This document shows positions 38,843-48,798 of a stretch of 64,000 nt of DNA, in pieces. A program made the translations under genes and the position numbers. Numbering within the stretch: the stretch's first letter is position 1; the number at the start of each line of letters is the position of its first letter. Origin of the DNA: Fibrobacterota bacterium. Its GTDB lineage: Bacteria > Fibrobacterota > Fibrobacteria > UBA11236. The notes under the pieces are model-generated. The model worked only from the letters and a program-made list of their open reading frames with translations, made no database searches and was not told where the DNA came from. The stretch lies in assembly GCA_043753995.1 (NCBI GenBank), contig JAYUVP010000304.1:15032-79031 (forward strand), given 5' to 3'.

Positions 38843-39355
38843 TTAGGCGAGTTTGGTGCCGCTGAAAGAGGGAGTTGCGAGAGAAGGCAGCCCTTCTGCC
38901 TCGTATTGCGCGGTCAAATTCTCCTTCGCTTCGGCAATCTGATTACCAAGCTCCTCAAAGTCGACACCAGCCTCTTTGGCTTGGGCGAACATTCCGTCCT
39001 CTCTTTTTTCTTCTTCTTTGACATGGTGTTTGATTAATTCCGATAGGACTTTGACCTTGGCGTCGAAAAAATCGTCCTCTGGAGAACCGGTCTCGATTTC
39101 CGCGAGCATCACCTTTGCGCCGTCATGCTCCACAAAGGCCTCGTGCCACAATTCCTCTTCCACCTTACCCTTGCAGGCGGGGTAAAAAATGTCCTCTTCT
39201 ATTTTGGTATGGATGGCCAGTTCCATGCAGATTTGCGCGGCGATGGTTTTTTTCTTGGCCTTGGAATTAGTGGCGTCGTATTGCTCAAAAAGGCTTTCCA
39301 CCTTACGATGGTCGGCTTTGAGTAAGGCCACGGCGTCGATGTTGGAATTTTTCAT
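38843..39355 (-). CDS. Hemerythrin HHE domain protein
   Basis: LKADH, HTKIEEDIFYP, EH and HHVKEEE motifs. Confidence 0.9.
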   Translation of the reverse strand: MKNSNIDAVALLKADHRKVESLFEQYDATNSKAKKKTIAAQICMELAIHTKIEEDIFYPACKGKVEEELWHEAFVEHDGAKVMLAEIETGSPEDDFFDAKVKVLSELIKHHVKEEEKREDGMFAQAKEAGVDFEELGNQIAEAKENLTAQYEAEGLPSLATPSFSGTKLA

Positions 39356-39647
39356 GGATATCTCCCTGTTATGGACATTTTTGAACATATACGAAGCTAG
39401 CCAGTCGGACTATGGGGTGTTTCCATAAGTCGCCGGAATATTCTTGGCTGTAATTGATATGTGTAAAACGATACAAAAGTTATAATACGAAATATTGCGT
39501 AGTGCCGTTATTGAGAAATAAAGTCGGTTCTGTCAATGGAGTGAAATGCGCTCAGGATATGGTATTGATATATAAAGGCGGGCCTTTTATGACGATATTG
39601 TTTGTAAGTAGCTCCGTGGCGATTCCGCCAATGTGATCGGAGATAAA

Positions 39648-39851
39648 ATGTTTAAAGGACTCTTTGCAGCGCTAATGCTCGTGGGACTCGTTTTGCTTGG
39701 GTGGGGATTGCAGGCCTACCGGAGCGTAGGTTCAGAAATGACGGAGACCTTCACGGGAGCGCCGTCCGACAAGGCTATTTGGTTGCTTGCGGGTGGGGCC
39801 ATTGCCGCACTAGCGGGAGGCTTTGGGCTTATCCGGGGTGGACGCGCTTGA
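39648..39851 (+). CDS. DUF3185-like small membrane protein
   Basis: Two TM helices flanking FTGAPSDKAIWLL. Confidence 0.75.
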   Translation: MFKGLFAALMLVGLVLLGWGLQAYRSVGSEMTETFTGAPSDKAIWLLAGGAIAALAGGFGLIRGGRA

Positions 39852-39902
39852 AGCCTTTCGAAAAGGTTTAGCTGCTTTCGCCCGTGGCGAAGGCCTTGGC
39901 TT

Positions 39903-41015
39903 TCACTCTAGCGTCGAGGCCGTCACGGTATGACGCGTATCTTCATGCATGGAAATGCCCGGCAGGGCATACCATGTACCACCCAAGTTACCCCGTATCA
40001 CGGAGCGATCAATGACAATGTCGCCGGAATGATCATTGGTGACGAAGAAAATTCCTGCCCCATGAGCGATGACTTCGTTCTTTTCGATGGCGACACCGCA
40101 AAGCGAAAGTGTCATGGTATTGCCGTCATTATATATGGCTCCGCCGCTACCGCCTCCAGGCGTGCCCGATTGCGCGGGGTTTCCGCCCCGACCCACGGCG
40201 CGATTGTGCGAAAACAAGCTATTGATGATTTTCCAGGAGACGCCGATGCTGCTGACGCCGCCACCATTGGAGCCGATATTGCCGTAACCTGGAGCTCCGC
40301 CGAAAGTGGAATTCACGACATAAACGGGCTGGCCCTTGTATTGGCTGAAAACGCGCAAGGCAGCTCCACCCACATCGGGGCCTTCCAGGGCGCAGGCATT
40401 GTTGAAGAAACGGCAATTCACCACCTTGAGCCGTCCGCCGCGCACCCAAACGGCACCGCCGCCGTCATACTCGGTTTCGCTGCGTGAATCCCCGTTGATA
40501 AAGGTGAGGTTTTGCAAGGTCAGGCGGGGATGATCTTGATCCTGGCAATGCGATGTCGTCCATTTTTGATTCGAGTCGCAGGTATTCATATACAGGATGC
40601 GGGTCTTGTTTTCACCGCTCAAGGTGATGAGGCCGCGACCATCGAGTACGATTTCGGGCGAGGCGTCATTGAAAACCTTGGCCGGACGCGAAAGCCGGAT
40701 GAGGGTCGGCTCTTTGCCGCAATCGAAAGCAATGCGGCCGCCTAAAGCAACGGCTTGGAGAACAGCCGCTTCGGTGCAAGATTCCGCCGTACCGGACCCA
40801 ATGACGCGATCGGGAGAGTCCATGTCGACCAGGCCCCCCTCGGCGGGAATGGAGCACGTACCGTCTGGGTTACCGGCGGCAGGGCCATGGGCGGGATTCT
40901 TGAGGGGATTGTCCACGGACACCGTGGGGCTAACGGATTCGCGGCAGGCCACAAGGCAAAAAAAGACTAGGCAGGCCCAAGCCCTTGGTTTATTCACGGC
41001 AAAACTGCAAAACAT
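39903..41015 (-). CDS. Lipoprotein with pectin-lyase-like beta-helix
   Basis: Lipobox LVAC; GGAV/GGAI and FxNN repeats. Confidence 0.65.
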   Translation of the reverse strand: MFCSFAVNKPRAWACLVFFCLVACRESVSPTVSVDNPLKNPAHGPAAGNPDGTCSIPAEGGLVDMDSPDRVIGSGTAESCTEAAVLQAVALGGRIAFDCGKEPTLIRLSRPAKVFNDASPEIVLDGRGLITLSGENKTRILYMNTCDSNQKWTTSHCQDQDHPRLTLQNLTFINGDSRSETEYDGGGAVWVRGGRLKVVNCRFFNNACALEGPDVGGAALRVFSQYKGQPVYVVNSTFGGAPGYGNIGSNGGGVSSIGVSWKIINSLFSHNRAVGRGGNPAQSGTPGGGSGGAIYNDGNTMTLSLCGVAIEKNEVIAHGAGIFFVTNDHSGDIVIDRSVIRGNLGGTWYALPGISMHEDTRHTVTASTLE

Positions 41016-41057
41016 TGATATTTCACCCCTTAATTTCTCCCTTGTGTGTCCTCTCCC

Positions 41058-42542
41058 ATGGCCGCTCCCGACGCTTCGCATCATCATTTTATCAATCGAG
41101 CGCTGAGTTTTGCCTTATGGGAAAATTTATTCAAGCCCATAGCCCCCTTACTGGAACTGGTTTGCGCCGGCCTTTTCGTAGGTGGAGCCTGGGGCAAGTA
41201 CAAGTTTTATGAATCATTGATTTATTTCCTGTTCCGCATCAGCCTCATGGGCATGGATCGGGGCATTATTTGGTATTACTCCCAAGTCGACGAAAAGGCT
41301 TACCTGAAAGCCGTTTTCCGCAGCTTGAATTGGTGCTTGCTGGCTTTTTTGGTGCTTGCGGTTTTCGCCACGGGTAGCCATTATGGCTGGCTGCCCTTTT
41401 CATCCATGCTGGGCAAAAATGAGGCGGCCTTTAGCACTACTGCGCCCGAATTTTTCCTTTATCTGCTCAGCGTGCCGCTCATGGTGATTATCGAGCTATG
41501 CGTCCTAGCCAATGTGAATAAGCGCAATTTGAAATACCGCATCCTGGTGCAAAGCCTGGCCGTACCCTTATTCACCTTCGGCGCAGCCTTGGCCGGGCGT
41601 CTGGTTGCGCCCCATTTTTTCACCTTGCCCTTTTGTCTACTGCTCGGAAATACCGTTGGCGCAGCCTTGGCTGTATTCGGCTTTTTACGTACCCATCGGC
41701 CTACCTGGAGCGATGTCAGTTTCGGTGCGCCTCCCGCCCTAGCCATGATTCGCTATTCCTTGCCGCTGGCCGGAGCCAATCTATTTTCAGCCATGGCCGT
41801 GCGCGTCGACATCTTCATGTTGGCAGGACTTTCGGGTGTGCACGGTCTTGAGGTGTATTCCGTGGTGAGCATGGTGGGGAAGGCCTTAACCTCCATTCGG
41901 CAATCCTTTGAGAACATTATTTTGTCGGCTTTTTCTTCTTCGGGGAAAGGCGAATTGACCCTAAAGCTCAAACACTATTTTAATTATGCGATTTGGCTTG
42001 TCATGAACATACAGGGTGCTCTTTTAGCTTTGGCGGTGGTATTCGGAGCCGAAATGCTCGGCTTGGTAAACCCCCAATATTCGTCGGGAGGCACGGTGCT
42101 GGCCGTGACCGCTTTCTTCATTTACATCAATACCGCTTCTGACTTTTCAGCTCTCTTGTCCTTGGGTCTGGGCCGCACCGCTATCGTACCCATAAGCCAA
42201 GCGGTTTTTTTCGCAGTCAACCTAGGTCTAAACATCTTACTCATCCCGCGATGGGATGTCTTAGGTGCAGCGGTGGCTTTGGGGTTAGCCAATATGACGG
42301 CAGGAATATTGTATTACGGGTACTTGGCTATAAGGAATCGCAGCACCTTACTCTTGCCCGAATATTGGTTTTCGATCTTTGCGAGCATACTGCTTTGGCT
42401 TTTGCCTTCGGGTGTAGTCCTTTATTGGGGAGGCAAATATGAATTCAAGATTCTGGCTTTGCTTGTGAGCGCGATTTTGGTTTTCTCCATCCAAAGAACT
42501 TGGTATAAAAGATTCAATCGTATTCTCCATGGCCTTATCTAA
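41058..42542 (+). CDS. Wzx/MOP-family oligosaccharide flippase
   Basis: 12-14 TM helices; VDIFML and LNILLIP..GAAVA motifs; next to glycosyltransferases. Confidence 0.75.
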   Translation: MAAPDASHHHFINRALSFALWENLFKPIAPLLELVCAGLFVGGAWGKYKFYESLIYFLFRISLMGMDRGIIWYYSQVDEKAYLKAVFRSLNWCLLAFLVLAVFATGSHYGWLPFSSMLGKNEAAFSTTAPEFFLYLLSVPLMVIIELCVLANVNKRNLKYRILVQSLAVPLFTFGAALAGRLVAPHFFTLPFCLLLGNTVGAALAVFGFLRTHRPTWSDVSFGAPPALAMIRYSLPLAGANLFSAMAVRVDIFMLAGLSGVHGLEVYSVVSMVGKALTSIRQSFENIILSAFSSSGKGELTLKLKHYFNYAIWLVMNIQGALLALAVVFGAEMLGLVNPQYSSGGTVLAVTAFFIYINTASDFSALLSLGLGRTAIVPISQAVFFAVNLGLNILLIPRWDVLGAAVALGLANMTAGILYYGYLAIRNRSTLLLPEYWFSIFASILLWLLPSGVVLYWGGKYEFKILALLVSAILVFSIQRTWYKRFNRILHGLI

Positions 42543-43812
42543 ACAAGAATCTTTTTTAGCGGCTATTGATATTTCCGTTTTGGGAACGGCTTTGATTTAT
42601 CGCGCTCACCAAACCGGAGTGCATCGAGCTACAGTGGAATTGTTGCGAGAGTTTTCTTTGCGACCGGAATTGTGCCTTGAATTCGTCAGTGTTGGGCGTG
42701 CGCCTTGGCTCGAATTCGCCACCTACATCGCCTTTGAGCGCCAATTGAAAAAAACCGGATGGGTATTTCGCAAGCGCTCGACCTGGCTGCCGTTTTGCTA
42801 TTCCATCTCGCTCGCTCTCGTCAAAGTCGCCCTGGTCGCCAAGAATAAGGGCTGGATGTCCGAGTCGATTCTGGCTGGTTTCATGCAATGCCTAGGCAAA
42901 GGCTTGAAACCCCAAGTCGCGGCTTTTTCCGCTATCACTTATTATTCGCCTGCGCATGCTTTGCCGAATTTGCCTAAAGGGGTGAATCGCTGCATCACCA
43001 TCAACGATATGATTCCGGTGAAATTCCCGAATTGGTATACCGAAGTCAGCAGTTTTCAGAAAATCGTGAAAAGCATTGATGTCGATCAAGATTGGGTCAT
43101 AGCCATCAGTGAATCGAGTCGTCGAGATTGGCTCGATTATTCCAAAGGCAATACGGAACGGTCCAAGGTCATACTATGCGGTGTCGCGGAGTATTTCTAT
43201 CCACGTCGTGATTCGCATGCCTTGAGCACGATTCGATTGAAATACGGAGTTGGACAATCGCGTTTTATTTTGGCCGTGGGAACTCTTGAGCCGCGAAAAA
43301 ATCTTGAGGTCTTGATTCAATCGTTTATCAACCTCAAAAAGAAAAAGCCGTTTCACGATGTTCAATTGTTGGTGGTTGGCCCCAAAGGGTGGAAAAACGA
43401 TGGCATTTTCCAACTTTTGCAAAGCAACCGTGATTTGAAAGATTCTATTCGGCTCGCGGGTTTCGTACCAGATGAAGACTTGCCCTTTCTTTATTCGGCT
43501 TGCGAGTTTTTTGTTTTTCCAAGTCTCTATGAAGGATTTGGCCTGCCGGTTGCGGAAGCTCTGCGATGCGGTGCCGCGGTCATTTGTGGGCATCACTCGT
43601 CCTTGCCTGAGGTTGCCGCCGATGCCGCGGAATACGTGGATGTGACCAAGCCCGAAGAAATAGAAGCGGCCATGGCTGGACTATTGTCAAATCCAGAACG
43701 ATTACTCGAATTGCGCGAAAAATCACCGAAGTCTTGCGAACGGCTAACTTGGAAAAAAACAGCCGATGAATATCTCCATTTATTTCAGTCTTTTTTCCGT
43801 TCCATCGACTGA
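42529..43812 (+). CDS. GT4 glycosyltransferase
   Basis: GTLEPRKN and PSLYEGFGLPVAEA motifs. Confidence 0.9.
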   Translation: MALSKQESFLAAIDISVLGTALIYRAHQTGVHRATVELLREFSLRPELCLEFVSVGRAPWLEFATYIAFERQLKKTGWVFRKRSTWLPFCYSISLALVKVALVAKNKGWMSESILAGFMQCLGKGLKPQVAAFSAITYYSPAHALPNLPKGVNRCITINDMIPVKFPNWYTEVSSFQKIVKSIDVDQDWVIAISESSRRDWLDYSKGNTERSKVILCGVAEYFYPRRDSHALSTIRLKYGVGQSRFILAVGTLEPRKNLEVLIQSFINLKKKKPFHDVQLLVVGPKGWKNDGIFQLLQSNRDLKDSIRLAGFVPDEDLPFLYSACEFFVFPSLYEGFGLPVAEALRCGAAVICGHHSSLPEVAADAAEYVDVTKPEEIEAAMAGLLSNPERLLELREKSPKSCERLTWKKTADEYLHLFQSFFRSID

Positions 43813-44597
43813 AATTGAAAGCGTAATTTCTCTTCTAATTTTTCCCTATCGCGGCTAATAAAGGGAATCGAGTCCGGTAAAAAAGTCTTTTGCCAGATAA
43901 AAGGCATCTTAGCCCATAGATTCCAAGGCGTGGATATTCTTTCCTTGGAGAAAATCAAAAGTCGATTTCTGGTGGAAAAGTGATAGGAGAATCGCTGAGC
44001 TATGTATTCACAAGTCACCGTGGAATAGAATGCAATGTGCTGTCCTGTTTCATGGGCATAGTATTTCCAGCTTGTAGGCGGCACGGATCTCTTAGGGCGG
44101 AGGGTGGTTTCAAACAGAAAAAATTTCGGTGCCCATTGGTCAAGTATTTCGCCGAGCTGAATGTGCGGCTCATTGAAATGTTCTAATACTTCAAAGGCCG
44201 TGATAAGATCGTATTTCAGTTCTGGATTCGCCTCAAAACCGCGTGCAACTAGATTCGAACCATATTTATCGGCCCAAAAAAAATCCAATCCGCGATCGCG
44301 GAGCATGCGCACAAGAATTCCATAACCACCCGCGAAATCCATTCCTTGAGTTTTATCGAGCCCATGTTCGAAACAAAACTTGGCCACCCTTCCAGCCGTC
44401 ATTTGGTTTCGGTGTATCAAACCGGTATCTAAAATGGAAATGGAGCTTTGATAAGCTTCTTCAAGCCAATAGGGCGTTTCGGTTTGCAAAAGGTCGCAAG
44501 TGGGGCAGAGGAAATAATTCACCGAATACTTGCCCAATAAAACGGAGGTATGGGTTTTCGGGGCTTTGGATTGGCAGAGTCGGCACGTGATTTCCAT
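43785..44597 (-). CDS. Class I SAM-dependent methyltransferase
   Basis: Two N-terminal CxxC pairs; DFAGGYG, FEVLEHF and GQHI motifs. Confidence 0.85.
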   Translation of the reverse strand: MEITCRLCQSKAPKTHTSVLLGKYSVNYFLCPTCDLLQTETPYWLEEAYQSSISILDTGLIHRNQMTAGRVAKFCFEHGLDKTQGMDFAGGYGILVRMLRDRGLDFFWADKYGSNLVARGFEANPELKYDLITAFEVLEHFNEPHIQLGEILDQWAPKFFLFETTLRPKRSVPPTSWKYYAHETGQHIAFYSTVTCEYIAQRFSYHFSTRNRLLIFSKERISTPWNLWAKMPFIWQKTFLPDSIPFISRDREKLEEKLRFQFQSMERKKD

Positions 44598-45737
44598 TTA
44601 TCGATTTCCCCAATTCAATTCCTGCCCCAACCACGCCGCTTCTTTTTCCGCAATCGCATCCCAACTGAAGCCCCGGGCCCACTCTCGCCCCTGCCGGCCC
44701 AGCTTCGTTCGCAATTCCCCGTCGCTTACCATGCGATGCATGGCCAAGCTCAATGCTTGCTCATCCTCTAAGGAAATCCGAAGACCGGAATATCCCTGGC
44801 TGACACTCACCTGAAAACCGGAGGCCTCGGAAACGAGTACGGCCTTGCCAGCCGCACTGGCCTCCAGAACAGCAATACCAAAGCCTTCAAACCGCGAAGG
44901 ACTGCAAAAGAAAAGACATTGAGAAAGTAAGTCCTGCTTCTCTTTGTCGCTCACGTCCTTGCGAAGGGTGATGCGGTTTTCCAATCCGAATTGACGGGCT
45001 AAGGTCAGGATTTCATTCTCGGAAGCGGGATCACCATGTCCGGCCAAAACCAAATTCAGTTTGGGAAAATCGGCCGCCACTTTTGCAAAGGCTTTGACCA
45101 GCAGATCGAGCCCTTTCATGAAAGGGTCGAGGCGGCCCAAAAAAAGCACGAAGGGCGCGCAGCCCGCGGACCTATCCGGCAAGGTCAATAAGGTGGGATC
45201 GAAAGCGTTCGAGGAACGCAGCACCCGTGCCCGTGGTGATTCCCTCAATAAGGCATCGCCGACATCGGGATTGGACACGACAAAAAACTTCGGCAGGCGA
45301 CAGTAAATCGTCTCTAAGCGCCAAAGTATTTGTCCGAGCCAACCCAGCTTTTGCACCCAACGTGACCCGATGATGTGATGCGAAACGGCAAAGCCTTGAT
45401 TGCGATGCGGCAGAGCAAGAATAAAGGGCGAGTAAATGGAAAGAACTATTCCGAAGGGTTCTCGTCCGCGAAAAAGCAGACTCCAATTCGCCCGGAGTAC
45501 ATAGGCGATGCGCGATACCCATTCTTTCCGTCCCAAGCCCAAGGGGATGACTTCTATACCCCGAAGCCTATGCCGCTTCGCTCCCGGGTAGGAGCCGACA
45601 TAAAGGCGCACTTGGTCAAAATGCTTGGCCATGCGGCTGAGAACCTCGATGTCGCGATAGGCTCCACCGCCTCCCAGCCACGGATTGGCCACAAAGTCAT
45701 AGGAATAGAAGTGGAGGACGCGGCGAGAAGGTTGCAA
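44598..45737 (-). CDS. GT4 glycosyltransferase
   Basis: FLGRL..KG and PSRFEGFGIAVLEA motifs. Confidence 0.9.
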   Translation of the reverse strand: MQPSRRVLHFYSYDFVANPWLGGGGAYRDIEVLSRMAKHFDQVRLYVGSYPGAKRHRLRGIEVIPLGLGRKEWVSRIAYVLRANWSLLFRGREPFGIVLSIYSPFILALPHRNQGFAVSHHIIGSRWVQKLGWLGQILWRLETIYCRLPKFFVVSNPDVGDALLRESPRARVLRSSNAFDPTLLTLPDRSAGCAPFVLFLGRLDPFMKGLDLLVKAFAKVAADFPKLNLVLAGHGDPASENEILTLARQFGLENRITLRKDVSDKEKQDLLSQCLFFCSPSRFEGFGIAVLEASAAGKAVLVSEASGFQVSVSQGYSGLRISLEDEQALSLAMHRMVSDGELRTKLGRQGREWARGFSWDAIAEKEAAWLGQELNWGNR

Positions 45738-45862
45738 GGGCTAATGAAATTAAAAAAGACGTCCCACGCCACCACCTAATCCCACCCTCCGCCTTTATAG
45801 CCTCACCGGGTCTTGTTACCTTGGGCCCTTAAAATTCAGGAACCTTCAGGAATCCACATTAG

Positions 45863-46468
45863 GTGACCTCCCCGAATCTCGACTCCATCCCCTTCGCCAC
45901 CGATTTGATCTTCATCGTTTGTGCCGGGGTCATTTTAGCGGCCTCCATAGCCGTGGTGACCTTGCGCAATCCGGTGCGCGCGACCCTCATGCTCATCCTG
46001 AGCTTTTTGCCCACCAGCCTCCTCTATGTGATGCTGCACGCCTCCTTCGTGGGCGTGCTGCAAATCTTGGTCTATGCTGGCGCTATCATGATGCTATTCA
46101 CCTTCGTCATCATGATGATCAATCCGGCTCCCAAGGGCGGAGAAACTCCCGAAGATGGCCCCCAGGCCGTGGGAGGCCGCAATCCGCCCTCCTTGACCGT
46201 AACACTCGGAACTCTGGGCTTGCTCATTGCCATCGCCGCCTTGTTTTTGCCCGTGCTTCGCCAGGCCGCCGCCGGTGTGGGACCGGGACAGCCTCTCAAG
46301 GAAGGCTTCGGCGGTTTGCAAAGCATCGGAGCCTTGCTTTTTACCCATCCGGGCGAAAATCCCCTGACGATTTCCTTTGAACTGATCTCCTTTCTGATTC
46401 TAGTGGGCATTATCGCCGCACTTAACTTTTCGCGACGCAAGCAAAATTCCTCTCCCAATGAGCCCTGA
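45863..46468 (+). CDS. nuoJ: NADH-quinone oxidoreductase subunit J
   Basis: NPVRA, QILVYAGAIMMLF and FELIS motifs. Confidence 0.9.
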   Translation: MTSPNLDSIPFATDLIFIVCAGVILAASIAVVTLRNPVRATLMLILSFLPTSLLYVMLHASFVGVLQILVYAGAIMMLFTFVIMMINPAPKGGETPEDGPQAVGGRNPPSLTVTLGTLGLLIAIAALFLPVLRQAAAGVGPGQPLKEGFGGLQSIGALLFTHPGENPLTISFELISFLILVGIIAALNFSRRKQNSSPNEP

Positions 46469-46483
46469 GGCGCAGACCGCATC

Positions 46484-46813
46484 ATGACCGCTTCGCCGCT
46501 TTTCAATCTGACGAATTGCCTGACCTTGGCCGTAATATTGGTCCTCATTGGTTGCTACGGTGTTTTTCGCCGCCGCAGCCTCATCATGGTTTTGCTGTCC
46601 GTGGAAGTCATGCTCAATGGCGTGAATTTGACCTTGGTGGCCTTCAATTATTTCCGCTGGGGCAGTAACGAAAACAGCCACTACCTCTATATGCTTTCCA
46701 TCGGGGTCGCAGCGGTGGAGGCGGCGGTGGGCTTGGGCATGGTCATTGTGCTCTTCCGCAATTTCAGCGATATCACACGCGATCGCATTGCCAAGCTCGG
46801 AGAGAAATTCTGA
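46484..46813 (+). CDS. nuoK: NADH-quinone oxidoreductase subunit K
   Basis: SVEVMLNGVNL and VAAVEAAVGL motifs. Confidence 0.92.
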   Translation: MTASPLFNLTNCLTLAVILVLIGCYGVFRRRSLIMVLLSVEVMLNGVNLTLVAFNYFRWGSNENSHYLYMLSIGVAAVEAAVGLGMVIVLFRNFSDITRDRIAKLGEKF

Positions 46814-48783
46814 TGGCTCCCGAACTCCTTTTGGCCATCCCTGCCATACCGGCGGGCATGGCTGTGCTCTTGGCCTTATTCGGCACACGCCTGCCTTACA
46901 ATGCCCTGGGGATTTTGGCGACCTTGGCGGCAGGAGCGGCCTTTGCCCTTGGCCTATCCTTTATCTCCAGCGGTGTGCTGGGGAGCGGCGCTCCCATTCA
47001 GGTCGACTTTGGTCCCTGGCTGCGCACCGAGGCCTTTCAAGCCGGCATCACCTTTCGCCTCGACTCCGTGGCTTTATGCATGGTCTTGCTGGTTTCGGGC
47101 TTTGGCACCTTAATCACCCTGTATTCCGTGGGCTATATGCGCCACGATCAAGAGCAACATCGCTTTTTCGCCAGTCTCAATCTCTTTGTCGCCTCCATGC
47201 TCACTCTGGTCTTGGCCGACAACTTGGTCTTGATTTTCCTCGGTTGGGAAGGCGTTGGGCTTTGCTCTTATTTACTGGTCGGCCATTACTGGGAACAAGA
47301 CGGCGTGCCCTTGGCGGCCTTTCGCGCTTTTTTCGTCAATCGCATTGGCGACATCTTTTTCCTACTCGGCGTCTTCACGCTTTTCGCCACCTTCGGCACG
47401 GTTTCGCTTTCCCAATTGGCCGAACATGGTCCGGATTTCACCTCGACCTATCCCTGGGCGACCAAGGCTGCGGCCTTTTTGCTCTTGGGTGGGGCTTTTG
47501 CTAAGTCGGCCCAAGCGCCCCTGCATATTTGGCTGCCCGATGCCATGGCCGGGCCCACCCCGGTTTCGGCCCTGATTCATGCCGCCACCATGGTGACGGC
47601 GGGTATTTATCTCGTGATGCGTTTGGATTGGCTTTACGCGGCGGCGCCCGAGGCGCGCGTGATTTTGCTTCTCTGCGGCTTGGTGACTCTGGTGGTGGGT
47701 GCGACCTTGGCTTGCGTGCAAACCGATGTCAAAAAAATCCTCGCCTATTCGACGCTCAGCAATTTGGCTTTAATGTTTCTCGCCTTGTCGGCAGGGGCGA
47801 GTGATGCGGCTATGCTGCATCTCTTTGGTCATGCCTTTTTCAAAGCCTTACTCTTTTTGGCGGCCGGTTCGGTGATTTTCGCCGCCCATCACGAGCAAGA
47901 TGTCCGTCGTCTCACGGGTTCGCTGAAAACCTTGCCCTTCACCCGATTGGCATTTATCGTCGGCGTCATCGGCGGCGCGGGACTGATTCCCTATGTGGCC
48001 GCGGGTTTTTTCACCAAGGAAGCCGTGCTTTTTGGCATTGAGGAGGGCGAATTCAGCGGCTTCGGCCTTTTGCTCTCGGGCAAGGTCATGCATTGGGTGG
48101 TGCTTGCCGTCGAATCGCTTTCGGCGGTTTATTTGGGTCGCATGCTAGGCTATTTAATGGGTGAGGCCGAACCGGCTTATGCCCATGCCAAGGAGCACGA
48201 TAAAAAGCATGACAAAGGGCATGATTCGCATGCTTCCCATGGCGAGGCACATGAAACCAGCTGGACCATACGCGGCGTTCTATTAGTCTTGGCCATCGCG
48301 GCTCCAATTTTTGGATTCTTCAGCGCTTTGCCGTCTTTCGGCGGTCACGGATCGATTTATGGCCTCTTGACCAATGGCCGCGAAATGCATCATGGGCCTT
48401 CCATAGGTGCCTTGGTACCGGTGATGATTTTCAATTTATTGCTCTTTGTTGGAGTTTTCTGGGCTTATCGCTCCAGCAAAAACCGTCAGGCCGTGCTGGC
48501 ATTCACTGCCAAGTTCCGCTTGGGCAAGGTCGGACCTCTTACGCGCCTTTGGTATTTCGATGACCTTTATGCCGCGGTGGTGATTGCCCCCCTCAAAGGC
48601 ATTTCCTGGATGCTTCGCCTGGTCTTGGAAACCGTATTCATGGGAATAATCGGCTTGGTGGGCTTTGCCGCCGAAGGCCTTTCCTGGAGCTTGCGCCGCT
48701 TTCAAACCGGCAAGGCTCATCAATACGCCATGGCTGTCCTTGTTTTTGCCGTCGTTTTCGCCTTAGTCCTTTTTAAACGGTGA
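46813..48783 (+). CDS. nuoL: NADH-quinone oxidoreductase subunit L
   Basis: GWEGVGLCSYLL and KSAQ.PL..WLPDAMAGPTPVSALIHAATMV motifs. Confidence 0.95.
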   Translation: MAPELLLAIPAIPAGMAVLLALFGTRLPYNALGILATLAAGAAFALGLSFISSGVLGSGAPIQVDFGPWLRTEAFQAGITFRLDSVALCMVLLVSGFGTLITLYSVGYMRHDQEQHRFFASLNLFVASMLTLVLADNLVLIFLGWEGVGLCSYLLVGHYWEQDGVPLAAFRAFFVNRIGDIFFLLGVFTLFATFGTVSLSQLAEHGPDFTSTYPWATKAAAFLLLGGAFAKSAQAPLHIWLPDAMAGPTPVSALIHAATMVTAGIYLVMRLDWLYAAAPEARVILLLCGLVTLVVGATLACVQTDVKKILAYSTLSNLALMFLALSAGASDAAMLHLFGHAFFKALLFLAAGSVIFAAHHEQDVRRLTGSLKTLPFTRLAFIVGVIGGAGLIPYVAAGFFTKEAVLFGIEEGEFSGFGLLLSGKVMHWVVLAVESLSAVYLGRMLGYLMGEAEPAYAHAKEHDKKHDKGHDSHASHGEAHETSWTIRGVLLVLAIAAPIFGFFSALPSFGGHGSIYGLLTNGREMHHGPSIGALVPVMIFNLLLFVGVFWAYRSSKNRQAVLAFTAKFRLGKVGPLTRLWYFDDLYAAVVIAPLKGISWMLRLVLETVFMGIIGLVGFAAEGLSWSLRRFQTGKAHQYAMAVLVFAVVFALVLFKR

Positions 48784-48798
48784 ACGGAAGGTGACCCC